Source: Auanema rhodensis (taxonomy: Eukaryota > Animalia > Nematoda). Taken from it: DNA of 64,000 bases. The stretch is taken from NCBI GenBank assembly GCA_964057225.1, contig OZ059896.1:11780001-11844000 (forward strand), read 5' to 3'. Positions within the stretch are counted from its first letter, which is position 1. Every line of letters starts with the position of its first letter. This document shows, one piece after another, positions 42,501 to 56,900 of this stretch. The notes under the pieces were generated by a model. It worked only from the letters and a program-made list of their open reading frames with translations. It was not told where the DNA came from and did no database searches. The position numbers were made by a program, and so were the translations under genes.

Positions 42501-45500
42501 AAAAAATGAAATTATGAAATTGTGGTAGAATTAAAAAATTGTATAAAATATGGGATTAAATAAAATAGATGGAGTGAAATGGTTTAGAAAATACAAAATA
42601 TTTAAATGTTTCAGTTTTTGAGCATCACAATACTGAAATTTAAATGTTTTTCAATGATTAAAATATTAAAAAATGAAATTATGAAATAGTGGTAAAAATA
42701 TAAAATTGTTTAAAATATGGGATTAAATAAAAGAGATGGAGTGAAATGGTTTAGAAAATATAAAATATTTAAATGTTCCAGTTTTTGAGCATCACAATAT
42801 TGAAATTTAAGTGTTTTTTAATGATTAAAAATTTTAAGAATGAAATTATGAAATAGTGGTAAAAATATAAAATTGTTCAAAATATGGGATTAAATAAAAG
42901 AGATGGAGTGAAATGGTTTAGAAAATACAAAATATTTAAATGTTTCAGTTTTTGATCATCACAATATTGAAATTTAAATGTTTTTTAATGATGAAAAATT
43001 TAAGAATGAAATTATGAAATAGTGGTAGAATTATGAAATTGTTTAAAATATGGAATTAAATAAAATAGATGTAGTGAAATGGTTCAGAAAATACAAAATA
43101 TTTAAATGTTTCAGTTTTTGAGCATCACAATATTGAAATTTAAATGTTTTTTAATGATTAAAAATTTGAAAAATGAAATTATGAAATTGTGGTAGAAATA
43201 TAAAATTGTTTAAAATATGGAATTAAATAAAAGAGATGGAGTGAAATGGTTTAGAAAATATAAAATATTTAAATGTTTCAGTTTTTGATCATCACAATAT
43301 TGAAATTTAAATGTTTTTCAATGATTAAAATATTAAAAAATGAAATTATGAAATAGTGGTAGAAATATAAAATTGTTTAAAATATGGAATTAAATAAAAG
43401 AGATGGAGTGAAATGGTTTAGAAAATACAAAATATTTAAATGTTTCAGTTTTTGATCATCACAATATTGAAATTTAAATGTTTTTTAATGATGAAAAATT
43501 TAAGAATGAAATTATGAAATAGTGGTAGAATTATGAAATTGTTTAAAATATGGAATTAAATAAAATAGATGTAGTGAAATGGTTTAGAAAATACAAAATA
43601 TTTAAATGTTTCAGTTTTTGAGCATCACAATATTGAAATTTAAATGTTTTTTAATGATTAAAAATTTGAAAAATGAAATTATGAAATTGTGGTAGAAATA
43701 TAAAATTGTTTAAAATATGGAATTAAATAAAAGAGATGGAGTGAAATGGTTTAGAAAATATAAAATATTTAAATGTTTCAGTTTTTGATCATCACAATAT
43801 TGAAATTTAAATGTTTTTTAATAATTAAAAATTTAAAAATTTAAAAAATGAAATTATGAAATAGTGGTAACAATATAAAATTGTTTAAAATATGGGATTA
43901 AATAAAAGAGATGGAGTGAAATGGTTTAGAAAATACAAAATATTTAAATGTTTCAGTTTTTGAGCATCACAATATTGAAATTTAAATGTTTTTTAATGTT
44001 TAAAAATTTTAAGAATGAAATTATGAAATAGTGGTAAAAATATAAAATTGTTTAAAATATGAGATTAAATAAAAGAGATGGAGTGAAATGGTTTAGAAAA
44101 TACAAAATATTTGAATGTTTCAGTTTTTGATCATCACAATATTGAAATTTAAATGTTTTTTAATAATTAAAAATTTAAAAATTTAAAAAATGAAATTATG
44201 AAATAGTGGTAGAAATATAAAATTGTTTAAAATATGGAATTAAATAAAAGAGATGGAGTGAAATGGTTTAGAAAATACAAAATATTTAAATGTTTCAGTT
44301 TTTGAGCATCACAATACTGAAATTTAAATGTTTTTCAATGATTAAAATATTAAAAAATGAAATTATGAAATAGTGGTAGAAATATAAAATTGTTTAAAAT
44401 ATGGAATTAAATAAAAGAGATGGAGTGAAATGGTTTAGAAAAAACAAAATATTTGAATGTTTCAGTTTTTGATCATCACAATATTGAAATTTAAATGTTT
44501 TTTAATGATTGAAAATTTAAAAAATGAAATTATGAAATTGTGGTAGAATTAAAAAATTGTATAAAATATGGGATTAAATAAAATAGATAGAGTGAAATGG
44601 TTTAGAAAATACAAAATATTTAAATGTTTCAGTTTTTGAGCATCACAATATTGAAATTTAAATGTTTTTTAATGATTAAAAATTTGAAAAATGAAATTAT
44701 GAAATTGTGGTAGAAATATAAAATTGTTTAAAATATGGGATTAAATAAAATAGATGGAGTGAAATGGTTTAGAAAATACAAAATATTTGAATGTTTCAGT
44801 TTTTGATCATCACAATATTGAAATTTAAATGTTTTTTAATGATTAAAAATTTGAAAAATGAAATTATGAAATTGTGGTAGAAATATAAAATTGTTTAAAA
44901 TATGGGATTAAATAAAAGAGATGGAGTGAAATGGTTTAGAAAATACAAAATATTTAAATGTTTCAGTTTTTGAGCATCACAATATTGAAATTTAAATGTT
45001 TTTTAATGATTAAAAATTTGAAAAATGAAATTATGAAATAGTGGTAAAAATATAAAATTGTTTAAAATATGGGATTAAATAAAAGAGATGGAGTGAAATG
45101 GTTTAGAAAATACAAAATATTTAAATGTTTCAGTTTTGATCATCACAATATTGAAATTTAAATGTTTTTTAATAATTAAAAATTTAAGAATTTAAAAAAT
45201 GAAATTATGAAATAGTGGTGAAAATATAAAATTGTTTAAAATATGGGATTAAATAAAATAGATGGAGTGAAATGGTTTAGAAAATACAAAATATTTAAAT
45301 GTTTCAGTTTTTGAGCATCACAATATTGAAATTTAAATGTTTTTTAATGTTTAAAAATTTTAAGAATGAAATTATGAAATAGTGGTAAAAATATAAAATT
45401 GTTTAAAATATGGGATTAAATAAAATAGATGGAGTGAAATGGTTTAGAAAATACAAAATATTTAAATGTTTCAGTTTTTGAGCATCACAATATTGAAATT
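36600..45500 (+). repeat. Satellite domain C (subfamily 1-like; 13/14-mer HOR)
   Basis: TTCCAG, TTTAAGTG and GATGTAG return, with new markers TGAACATC, TGTTCAAAA and GTTCTTG. TGAACATC lies at 37908, 40268 and 42453 (spacings 2360 and 2185). Confidence 0.8.
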
Positions 45501-48500
45501 TAAATGTTTTTTAATGATTGAAAACTTAAAAAATGAAATTATGAAATTGTGGTAGAATTAAAATATTGTATAAAATATGGGATTAAATAAAATAGATGGA
45601 GTTAAATGGTTTAGAAAATACAAAATATTTAAATGTTTCAGTTTTTGAGCATCACAATACTGAAATTTAAATGTTTTTCAATGATTAAAATATTAAAAAA
45701 TGAAATTATGAAATTGTGGTAGAAATATAAAATTGTTTAAAAAATGGAATTAAATAAAAGAGATGGAGTGAAATGGTTTAGAAATTACAGAATATTTGAA
45801 TGTTTCAGTTTTTGATCATCACAATATTGAAATTTAAATGTTTTTTAATAATTAAAAATTTAAAAATTAAAAAATGAAATTATGAAATTGTGGTAGAATT
45901 AAAAAATTGTATAAAATATGGGATTAAATAAAATAGATGGAGTGAAATGGTTTAGAAAATACAAAATATTTAAATGTTTCAGTTTTTGAGCATCACAATA
46001 TTGAAATTTAAATGTTTTTTAATGTTTAAAAATTTTAAGAATGAAATTATGAAATAGTGGTAAAAATATAAAATTGTTTAAAATATGGGATTAAATAAAA
46101 TAGATGGAGTGAAATGGTTTAGAAAATACAAAATATTTAAATGTTTCAGTTTTTGAGCATCACAATATTGAAATTTAAATGTTTTTTAATGATTGAAAAC
46201 TTAAAAAATGAAATTATGAAATTGTGGTAGAATTAAAATATTGTATAAAATATGGGATTAAATAAAATAGATGGAGTTAAATGGTTTAGAAAATACAAAA
46301 TATTTAAATGTTTCAGTTTTTGAGCATCACAATACTGAAATTTAAATGTTTTTCAATGATTAAAATATTAAAAAATGAAATTATGAAATTGTGGTAGAAA
46401 TATAAAATTGTTTAAAAAATGGAATTAAATAAAAGAGATGGAGTGAAATGGTTTAGAAATTACAGAATATTTGAATGTTTCAGTTTTTGATCATCACAAT
46501 ATTGAAATTTAAATGTTTTTTAATAATTAAAAATTTAAAAATTAAAAAATGAAATTATGAAATTGTGGTAGAATTAAAAAATTGTATAAAATATGGGATT
46601 AAATAAAATAGATGGAGTGAAATGGTTTAGAAAATACAAAATATTTAAATGTTTCAGTTTTTGAGCATCACAATATTGAAATTTAAATGTTTTTTAATGT
46701 TTAAAAATTTTAAGAATGAAATTATGAAATAGTGGTAAAAATATAAAATTGTTTAAAATATGGGATTAAATAAAATAGATGGAGTGAAATGGTTTAGAAA
46801 ATACAAAATATTTAAATGTTTCAGTTTTTGAGCATCACAATACTGAAATTTAAATGTTTTTCAATGATTAAAATATTAAAAAATGAAATTATGAAATTGT
46901 GGTAGAAATATAAAATTGTTTAAAAAATGGAATTAAATAAAAGAGATGGAGTGAAATGGTTTAGAAATTACAGAATATTTGAATGTTTCAGTTTTTGATC
47001 ATCACAATATTGAAATTTAAATGTTTTTTAATAATTAAAAATTTAAAAATTAAAAAATGAAATTATGAAATTGTGGTAGAATTAAAAAATTGTATAAAAT
47101 ATGGGATTAAATAAAATAGATGGAGTGAAATGGTTTAGAAAATACAAAATATTCAAATGTTTCAGTTTTTGAGCATCACAATACTGAAATTTAAATGTTT
47201 TTCAATGATTAAAATATTAAAAAATGAAATTATGAAATAGTGGTAGAAATATAAAATTGTTTAAAATATGGAATTAAATAAAAGAGATGGAGTGAAATGG
47301 TTTAGAAAATACAAAATATTTAAATGTTTCAGTTTTTGAGCATCACAATACTGAAATTTAAATGTTTTTCAATGATTAAAATATTAAAAAATGAAATTAT
47401 GAAATAGTGGTAGAAATATAAAATTGTTTAAAATATGGAATTAAATAAAAGAGATGGAGTGAAATGGTTTAGAAAAAACAAAATATTTGAATGTTTCAGT
47501 TTTTGAGCATCACAATATTGAAATTTAAATGTTTTTTAATGATTAAAAATTTAAAAAATGAAATTATGAAATTGTGGTAGAATTTAAAAATTGTATAAAA
47601 TATGGGATTAAATAAAATAGATAGAGTGAAATGGTTTAGAAAATACAAAATATTTAAATGTTTCAGTTTTTGAGCATCACAATATTGAAATTTAAATGTT
47701 TTTTAATGATTAAAAATTTGAAAAATGAAATTATGAAATTGTGGTAGAAATATAAAATTGTTTAAAATATGGGATTAAATAAAATAGATGGAGTGAAATG
47801 GTTTAGAAAATACAAAATATTTGAATGTTTCAGTTTTTGAGCATCACAATATTGAAATTTAAATGTTTTTTAATGATTAAAAATTTAAAAAATGAAATTA
47901 TAAAATAGTGGTAGAATCATAAAATTGTTTAAAATATGGGATTAAATAAAATAGATGGAGTGAAATGGTTTAGAAAATACAAAATATTCAACTGTTTCAG
48001 TTTTTGAGCATCACAATATTGAAAATTAAATGTTTTTTAATGATTAAAAATTCAAAAATGAAATTATGAAATTGTGGTAGAACTATAAAATTGTTTAAAA
48101 TATGGGATTAAATAAACTAGATGGAGTGAAATGCTTTAGAAAATACAAATATTTAAATGTTTCAGTTTTTGAGCATCACAATATTGAAATTTAAATGTTT
48201 TTCAATGATTAAAAATTTAAAAATGAAATTATAAAATTGTGGTAGAAATATAAAATTGTATAAAATATGAGATTAAATAAATTAGATGGAGTGAAATGGT
48301 TTAGAAAATACAAAATATTTAAATGTTTCAGTTTTTGAGCATCACAATATTGAAATTTAAATGTTTTTTAATGATTAAAAAGTTAAACAATAAGATTATG
48401 AAATAGTGGTAAAAATATAAAATTGTTTAAAATATGGGATTAAATAAAATAGATGGAGTGAAATGGTTTAGAAAATACAAAATATTTAAATGTTTCAGTT

Positions 48501-50900
48501 TTTGAGCATCACAATATTGAAATTTAAATGTTTTTTAATGTTTAAAAATTTTAAGAATGAAATTATGAAATAGTGGTAAAAATATAAAATTGTTTAAAAT
48601 ATGGGATTAAATAAAATAGATGGAGTGAAATGGTTTAGAAAATACAAAATATTTAAATGTTTCAGTTTTTGAGCATCACAATACTGAAATTTAAATGTTT
48701 TTCAATGATTAAAATATTAAAAAATGAAATTATGAAATTGTGGTAGAAATATAAAATTGTTTAAAAAATGGAATTAAATAAAAGAGATGGAGTGAAATGG
48801 TTTAGAAATTACAGAATATTTGAATGTTTCAGTTTTTGATCATCACAATATTGAAATTTAAATGTTTTTTAATAATTAAAAATTTAAAAATTAAAAAATG
48901 AAATTATGAAATTGTGGTAGAATTAAAAAATTGTATAAAATATGGGATTAAATAAAATAGATGGAGTGAAATGGTTTAGAAAATACAAAATATTCAAATG
49001 TTTCAGTTTTTGAGCATCACAATACTGAAATTTAAATGTTTTTCAATGATTAAAATATTAAAAAATGAAATTATGAAATAGTGGTAGAAATATAAAATTG
49101 TTTAAAATATGGAATTAAATAAAAGAGATGGAGTGAAATGGTTTAGAAAATACAAAATATTTAAATGTTTCAGTTTTTGAGCATCACAATACTGAAATTT
49201 AAATGTTTTTCAATGATTAAAATATTAAAAAATGAAATTATGAAATAGTGGTAGAAATATAAAATTGTTTAAAATATGGAATTAAATAAAAGAGATGGAG
49301 TGAAATGGTTTAGAAAAAACAAAATATTTGAATGTTTCAGTTTTTGAGCATCACAATATTGAAATTTAAATGTTTTTTAATGATTAAAAATTTAAAAAAT
49401 GAAATTATGAAATTGTGGTAGAATTTAAAAATTGTATAAAATATGGGATTAAATAAAATAGATAGAGTGAAATGGTTTAGAAAATACAAAATATTTAAAT
49501 GTTTCAGTTTTTGAGCATCACAATATTGAAATTTAAATGTTTTTTAATGATTAAAAATTTGAAAAATGAAATTATGAAATTGTGGTAGAAATATAAAATT
49601 GTTTAAAATATGGGATTAAATAAAATAGATGGAGTGAAATGGTTTAGAAAATACAAAATATTTGAATGTTTCAGTTTTTGAGCATCACAATATTGAAATT
49701 TAAATGTTTTTTAATGATTAAAAATTTAAAAAATGAAATTATAAAATAGTGGTAGAATCATAAAATTGTTTAAAATATGGGATTAAATAAAATAGATGGA
49801 GTGAAATGGTTTAGAAAATACAAAATATTCAACTGTTTCAGTTTTTGAGCATCACAATATTGAAAATTAAATGTTTTTTAATGATTAAAAATTCAAAAAT
49901 GAAATTATGAAATTGTGGTAGAACTATAAAATTGTTTAAAATATGGGATTAAATAAACTAGATGGAGTGAAATGCTTTAGAAAATACAAATATTTAAATG
50001 TTTCAGTTTTTGAGCATCACAATATTGAAATTTAAATGTTTTTCAATGATTAAAAATTTAAAAATGAAATTATAAAATTGTGGTAGAAATATAAAATTGT
50101 ATAAAATATGAGATTAAATAAATTAGATGGAGTGAAATGGTTTAGAAAATACAAAATATTTAAATGTTTCAGTTTTTGAGCATCACAATATTGAAATTTA
50201 AATGTTTTTTAATGATTAAAAAGTTAAACAATAAGATTATGAAATAGTGGTAAAAATATAAAATTGTTTAAAATATGGGATTAAATAAAATAGATGGAGT
50301 GAAATGGTTTAGAAAATACAAAATATTTGAATGTTTCAGTTTTTGAGCATCACAATATTGAAATTTAAATGTTTTTTAATGTTTAAAAATTTTAAGAATG
50401 AAATTATGAAATAGTGGTAAAAATATGAAATTGTTTAAAATATGGGATTAAATAAAATAGATGGAGTGAAATGGTTTAGAAAATACAAAATACTTAAATG
50501 TTTCAGTTTTTGAGCATCACAATATTGAAATTTAAATGTTTTTTAATGATTGAAAATTTAAAAAATGAAATTATGAAATTGTGGTAGAATTAAAATATTG
50601 TATAAAATATGGGATTAAATAAAATAGATGGAGTTAAATGGTTTAGAAAATACAAAATATTTAAATGTTTCAGTTTTTGAGCATCACAATACTGAAATTT
50701 AAATGTTTTTCAATGATTAAAATATTAAAAAATGAAATTATGAAATTGTGGTAGAAATATAAAATTGTTTAAAAAATGGAATTAAATAAAAGAGATGGAG
50801 TGAAATGGTTTAGAAATTACAGAATATTTAAATGTTTCAGTTTTTGAGCATCACAATATTGAAATTTAAATGTTTTTTAATGATTAAAAATTTGAAAAAT
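45500..50900 (+). repeat. Satellite domain B' (second subfamily 2 block)
   Basis: GAGTTAAA, TTACAG, CAACTG (47989, 49830) and ATGCTTT reappear. Confidence 0.8.
46587..50328 (+). repeat. HOR, 11 monomers (1841 bp) x 2
   Basis: TTACAGAATATTTGAA at 46971/48812, CAACTG at 47989/49830 and private GTTAAACAAT at 48388/50229. All offsets are 1841. Confidence 0.9.
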
Positions 50901-53900
50901 GAAATTATGAAATTGTGGTAGAAATATAAAATTGTTTAAAATATGGAATTAAATAAAAGAGATGGAGTGAAATGGTTTAGAAAATATAAAATATTTAAAT
51001 GTTTCAGTTTTTGATCATCACAATATTGAAATTTAAATGTTTTTTAATAATTAAAAATTTAAAAATTTAAAAAATGAAATTATGAAATAGTGGTAACAAT
51101 ATAAAATTGTTTAAAATATGGGATTAAATAAAAGAGATGGAGTGAAATGGTTTAGAAAATACAAAATATTTAAATGTTTCAGTTTTTGAGCATCACAATA
51201 TTGAAATTTAAATGTTTTTTAATGTTTAAAAATTTTAAGAATGAAATTATGAAATAGTGGTAAAAATATAAAATTGTTTAAAATATGAGATTAAATAAAA
51301 GAGATGGAGTGAAATGGTTTAGAAAATACAAAATATTTGAATGTTTCAGTTTTTGATCATCACAATATTGAAATTTAAATGTTTTTTAATAATTAAAAAT
51401 TTAAAAATTTAAAAAATGAAATTATGAAATTGTGGTAGAATTAAAAAATTGTATAAAATATGGGATTAAATAAAATAGATGGAGTGAAATGGTTTAGAAA
51501 ATACAAAATATTTAAATGTTTCAGTTTTTGAGCATCACAATACTGAAATTTAAATGTTTTTCAATGATTAAAATATTAAAAAATGAAATTATGAAATAGT
51601 GGTAGAAATATAAAATTGTTTAAAATATGGAATTAAATAAAAGAGATGGAGTGAAATGGTTTAGAAAATACAAAATATTTAAATGTTTCAGTTCTTGAGC
51701 ATCACAATACTGAAATTTAAATGTTTTTCAATGATTAAAATATTAAAAAATGAAATTATGAAATAGTGGTAGAAATATAAAATTGTTTAAAATATGGAAT
51801 TAAATAAAAGAGATGGAGTGAAATGGTTTAGAAAAAACAAAATATTTGAATGTTTCAGTTTTTGATCATCACAATATTGAAATTTAAATGTTTTTTAATG
51901 ATTGAAAATTTAAAAAATGAAATTATGAAATTGTGGTAGAATTAAAAAATTGTATAAAATATGGGATTAAATAAAATAGATAGAGTGAAATGGTTTAGAA
52001 AATACAAAATATTTGAATGTTTCAGTTTTTGATCATCACAATATTGAAATTTAAATGTTTTTTAATGATTAAAAATTTGAAAAATGAAATTATGAAATTG
52101 TGGTAGAAATATAAAATTGTTTAAAATATGGGATTAAATGAAATAGATGGAGTGAAATGGTTTAGAAAATACAAAATATTTGAATGTTTCAGTTTTGATC
52201 ATCACAATATTAAAATTTAAATGTTTTTTAATAATTAAAAATTTAAAAAATAAGATTATGAAATAGTGGTAAAAATATAAAATTGTTTAAAATATGGGAT
52301 TAAATAAAATAGATGGAGTGAAATGGTTTAGAAAATACAAAATATTTGAATGTTTCAGTTTTTGAACATCACAATATTAAAATTTAAATGTTTTTTAATG
52401 ATTGAAAATTTAAAAAATGAAATTATGAAATTGTGGTAGAATTAAAAAATTGTATAAAATATGGGATTAAATAAAATAGATGGAGTGAAATGGTTTAGAA
52501 AATACAAAATATTTAAATGTTTCAGTTTTTGAGCATCACAATACTGAAATTTAAATGTTTTTCAATGATTAAAATATTAAAAAATGAAATTATGAAATAG
52601 TGGTAGAAATATAAAATTGTTTAAAATATGGAATTAAATAAAAGAGATGGAGTGAAATGGTTTAGAAAAAACAAAATATTTGAATGTTTCAGTTTTTGAT
52701 CATCACAATATTGAAATTTAAATGTTTTTTAATAATTAAAAATTTAAAAATTTAAAAAATGAAATTATGAAATTGTGGTAGAATTAAAAAATTGTATAAA
52801 ATATGGGATTAAATAAAATAGATGGAGTGAAATGGTTTAGAAAATACAAAATATTTAAATGTTTCAGTTTTTGAGCATCACAATACTGAAATTTAAATGT
52901 TTTTCAATGATTAAAATATTAAAAAATGAAATTATGAAATAGTGGTAGAAATATAAAATTGTTTAAAATATGGAATTAAATAAAAGAGATGGAGTGAAAT
53001 GGTTTAGAAAATACAAAATATTTAAATGTTTCAGTTCTTGAGCATCACAATACTGAAATTTAAATGTTTTTCAATGATTAAAATATTAAAAAATGAAATT
53101 ATGAAATAGTGGTAGAAATATAAAATTGTTTAAAATATGGAATTAAATAAAAGAGATGGAGTGAAATGGTTTAGAAAAAACAAAATATTTGAATGTTTCA
53201 GTTTTTGATCATCACAATATTGAAATTTAAATGTTTTTTAATGATTGAAAATTTAAAAAATGAAATTATGAAATTGTGGTAGAATTAAAAAATTGTATAA
53301 AATATGGGATTAAATAAAATAGATAGAGTGAAATGGTTTAGAAAATACAAAATATTTGAATGTTTCAGTTTTTGATCATCACAATATTGAAATTTAAATG
53401 TTTTTTAATGATTAAAAATTTGAAAAATGAAATTATGAAATTGTGGTAGAAATATAAAATTGTTTAAAATATGGGATTAAATGAAATAGATGGAGTGAAA
53501 TGGTTTAGAAAATACAAAATATTTGAATGTTTCAGTTTTGATCATCACAATATTAAAATTTAAATGTTTTTTAATAATTAAAAATTTAAAAAATAAGATT
53601 ATGAAATAGTGGTAAAAATATAAAATTGTTTAAAATATGGGATTAAATAAAATAGATGGAGTGAAATGGTTTAGAAAATACAAAATATTTGAATGTTTCA
53701 GTTTTTGAACATCACAATATTAAAATTTAAATGTTTTTTAATGATTGAAAATTTAAAAAATGAAATTATGAAATTGTGGTAGAATTAAAAAATTGTATAA
53801 AATATGGGATTAAATAAAATAGATGGAGTGAAATGGTTTAGAAAATACAAAATATTTAAATGTTTCAGTTTTTGAGCATCACAATACTGAAATTTAAATG

Positions 53901-56900
53901 TTTTTCAATGATTAAAATATTAAAAAATGAAATTATGAAATAGTGGTAAAAATATAAAATTGTTTAAAATATGGGATTAAATAAAAGAGATGGAGTGAAA
54001 TGGTTTAGAAAATATAAAATATTTAAATGTTCCAGTTTTTGAGCATCACAATATTGAAATTTAAGTGTTTTTTAATGATTAAAAATTTTAAGAATGAAAT
54101 TATGAAATAGTGGTAAAAATATAAAATTGTTCAAAATATGGGATTAAATAAAAGAGATGGAGTGAAATGGTTTAGAAAATACAAAATATTTAAATGTTTC
54201 AGTTTTTGATCATCACAATATTGAAATTTAAATGTTTTTTAATGATGAAAAATTTAAGAATGAAATTATGAAATAGTGGTAGAATTATGAAATTGTTTAA
54301 AATATGGAATTAAATAAAATAGATGTAGTGAAATGGTTTAGAAAATACAAAATATTTAAATGTTTCAGTTTTTGAGCATCACAATATTGAAATTTAAATG
54401 TTTTTTAATGATTAAAAATTTGAAAAATGAAATTATGAAATTGTGGTAGAAATATAAAATTGTTTAAAATATGGAATTAAATAAAATAGATGGAGTGAAA
54501 TGGTTTAGAAAATACAAAATATTTGAATGTTTCAGTTTTGATCATCACAATATTAAAATTTAAATGTTTTTTAATAATTAAAAACTTAAAAAATAAGATT
54601 ATGAAATAGTGGTAAAAATATAAAATTGTTTAAAATATGGGATTAAATAAAATAGATGGAGTGAAATGGTTTAGAAAATACAAAATATTTGAATGTTTCA
54701 GTTTTTGAACATCACAATATTAAAATTTAAATGTTTTTTAATGATTGAAAATTTAAAAAATGAAATTATGAAATTGTGGTAGAATTAAAAAATTGTATAA
54801 AATATGGGATTAAATAAAATAGATGGAGTGAAATGGTTTAGAAAATACAAAATATTTAAATGTTTCAGTTTTTGAGCATCACAATACTGAAATTTAAATG
54901 TTTTTCAATGATTAAAATATTAAAAAATGAAATTATGAAATAGTGGTAAAAATATAAAATTGTTTAAAATATGGGATTAAATAAAAGAGATGGAGTGAAA
55001 TGGTTTAGAAAATATAAAATATTTAAATGTTCCAGTTTTTGAGCATCACAATATTGAAATTTAAGTGTTTTTTAATGATTAAAAATTTTAAGAATGAAAT
55101 TATGAAATAGTGGTAAAAATATAAAATTGTTCAAAATATGGGATTAAATAAAAGAGATGGAGTGAAATGGTTTAGAAAATACAAAATATTTAAATGTTTC
55201 AGTTTTTGATCATCACAATATTGAAATTTAAATGTTTTTTAATGATGAAAAATTTAAGAATGAAATTATGAAATAGTGGTAGAATTATGAAATTGTTTAA
55301 AATATGGAATTAAATAAAATAGATGGAGTGAAATGGTTTAGAAAATACAAAATATTTGAATGTTTCAGTTTTTGAGCATCACAATATTAAAATTTAAATG
55401 TTTTTTAATGATTAAAAATTTGAAAAATGAATTTATGAAATAGTGGTAGAAATATAAAATTGTTTAAAATATGGGATTAAATAAAATAGATGGAGTGAAA
55501 TGGTTTAGAAAATACAAAATATTTGAATGTTTCAGTTTTTGAACATCACAATATTAAAATTTAAATGTTTTTTAATGATTGAAAATTTAAAAAATGAAAT
55601 TATGAAATTGTGGTAGAATTAAAAAATTGTATAAAATATGGGATTAAATAAAATAGATGGAGTGAAATGGTTTAGAAAATACAAAATATTTAAATGTTTC
55701 AGTTTTTGAGCATCACAATACTGAAATTTAAATGTTTTTCAATGATTAAAATATTAAAAAATGAAATTATGAAATAGTGGTAGAAATATAAAATTGTTTA
55801 AAATATGGAATTAAATAAAAGAGATGGAGTGAAATGGTTTAGAAAAAACAAAATATTTGAATGTTTCAGTTTTTGATCATCACAATATTGAAATTTAAAT
55901 GTTTTTTAATAATTAAAAATTTAAAAATTTAAAAAATGAAATTATGAAATTGTGGTAGAATTAAAAAATTGTATAAAATATGGGATTAAATAAAATAGAT
56001 GGAGTGAAATGGTTTAGAAAATACAAAATATTTAAATGTTTCAGTTTTTGAGCATCACAATACTGAAATTTAAATGTTTTTCAATGATTAAAATATTAAA
56101 AAATGAAATTATGAAATAGTGGTAGAAATATAAAATTGTTTAAAATATGGAATTAAATAAAAGAGATGGAGTGAAATGGTTTAGAAAATACAAAATATTT
56201 AAATGTTTCAGTTCTTGAGCATCACAATACTGAAATTTAAATGTTTTTCAATGATTAAAATATTAAAAAATGAAATTATGAAATAGTGGTAGAAATATAA
56301 AATTGTTTAAAATATGGAATTAAATAAAAGAGATGGAGTGAAATGGTTTAGAAAAAACAAAATATTTGAATGTTTCAGTTTTTGATCATCACAATATTGA
56401 AATTTAAATGTTTTTTAATGATTGAAAATTTAAAAAATGAAATTATGAAATTGTGGTAGAATTAAAAAATTGTATAAAATATGGGATTAAATAAAATAGA
56501 TAGAGTGAAATGGTTTAGAAAATACAAAATATTTGAATGTTTCAGTTTTTGATCATCACAATATTGAAATTTAAATGTTTTTTAATGATTAAAAATTTGA
56601 AAAATGAAATTATGAAATTGTGGTAGAAATATAAAATTGTTTAAAATATGGGATTAAATGAAATAGATGGAGTGAAATGGTTTAGAAAATACAAAATATT
56701 TGAATGTTTCAGTTTTGATCATCACAATATTAAAATTTAAATGTTTTTTAATAATTAAAAATTTAAAAAATAAGATTATGAAATAGTGGTAAAAATATAA
56801 AATTGTTTAAAATATGGGATTAAATAAAATAGATGGAGTGAAATGGTTTAGAAAATACAAAATATTTGAATGTTTCAGTTTTTGAACATCACAATATTAA

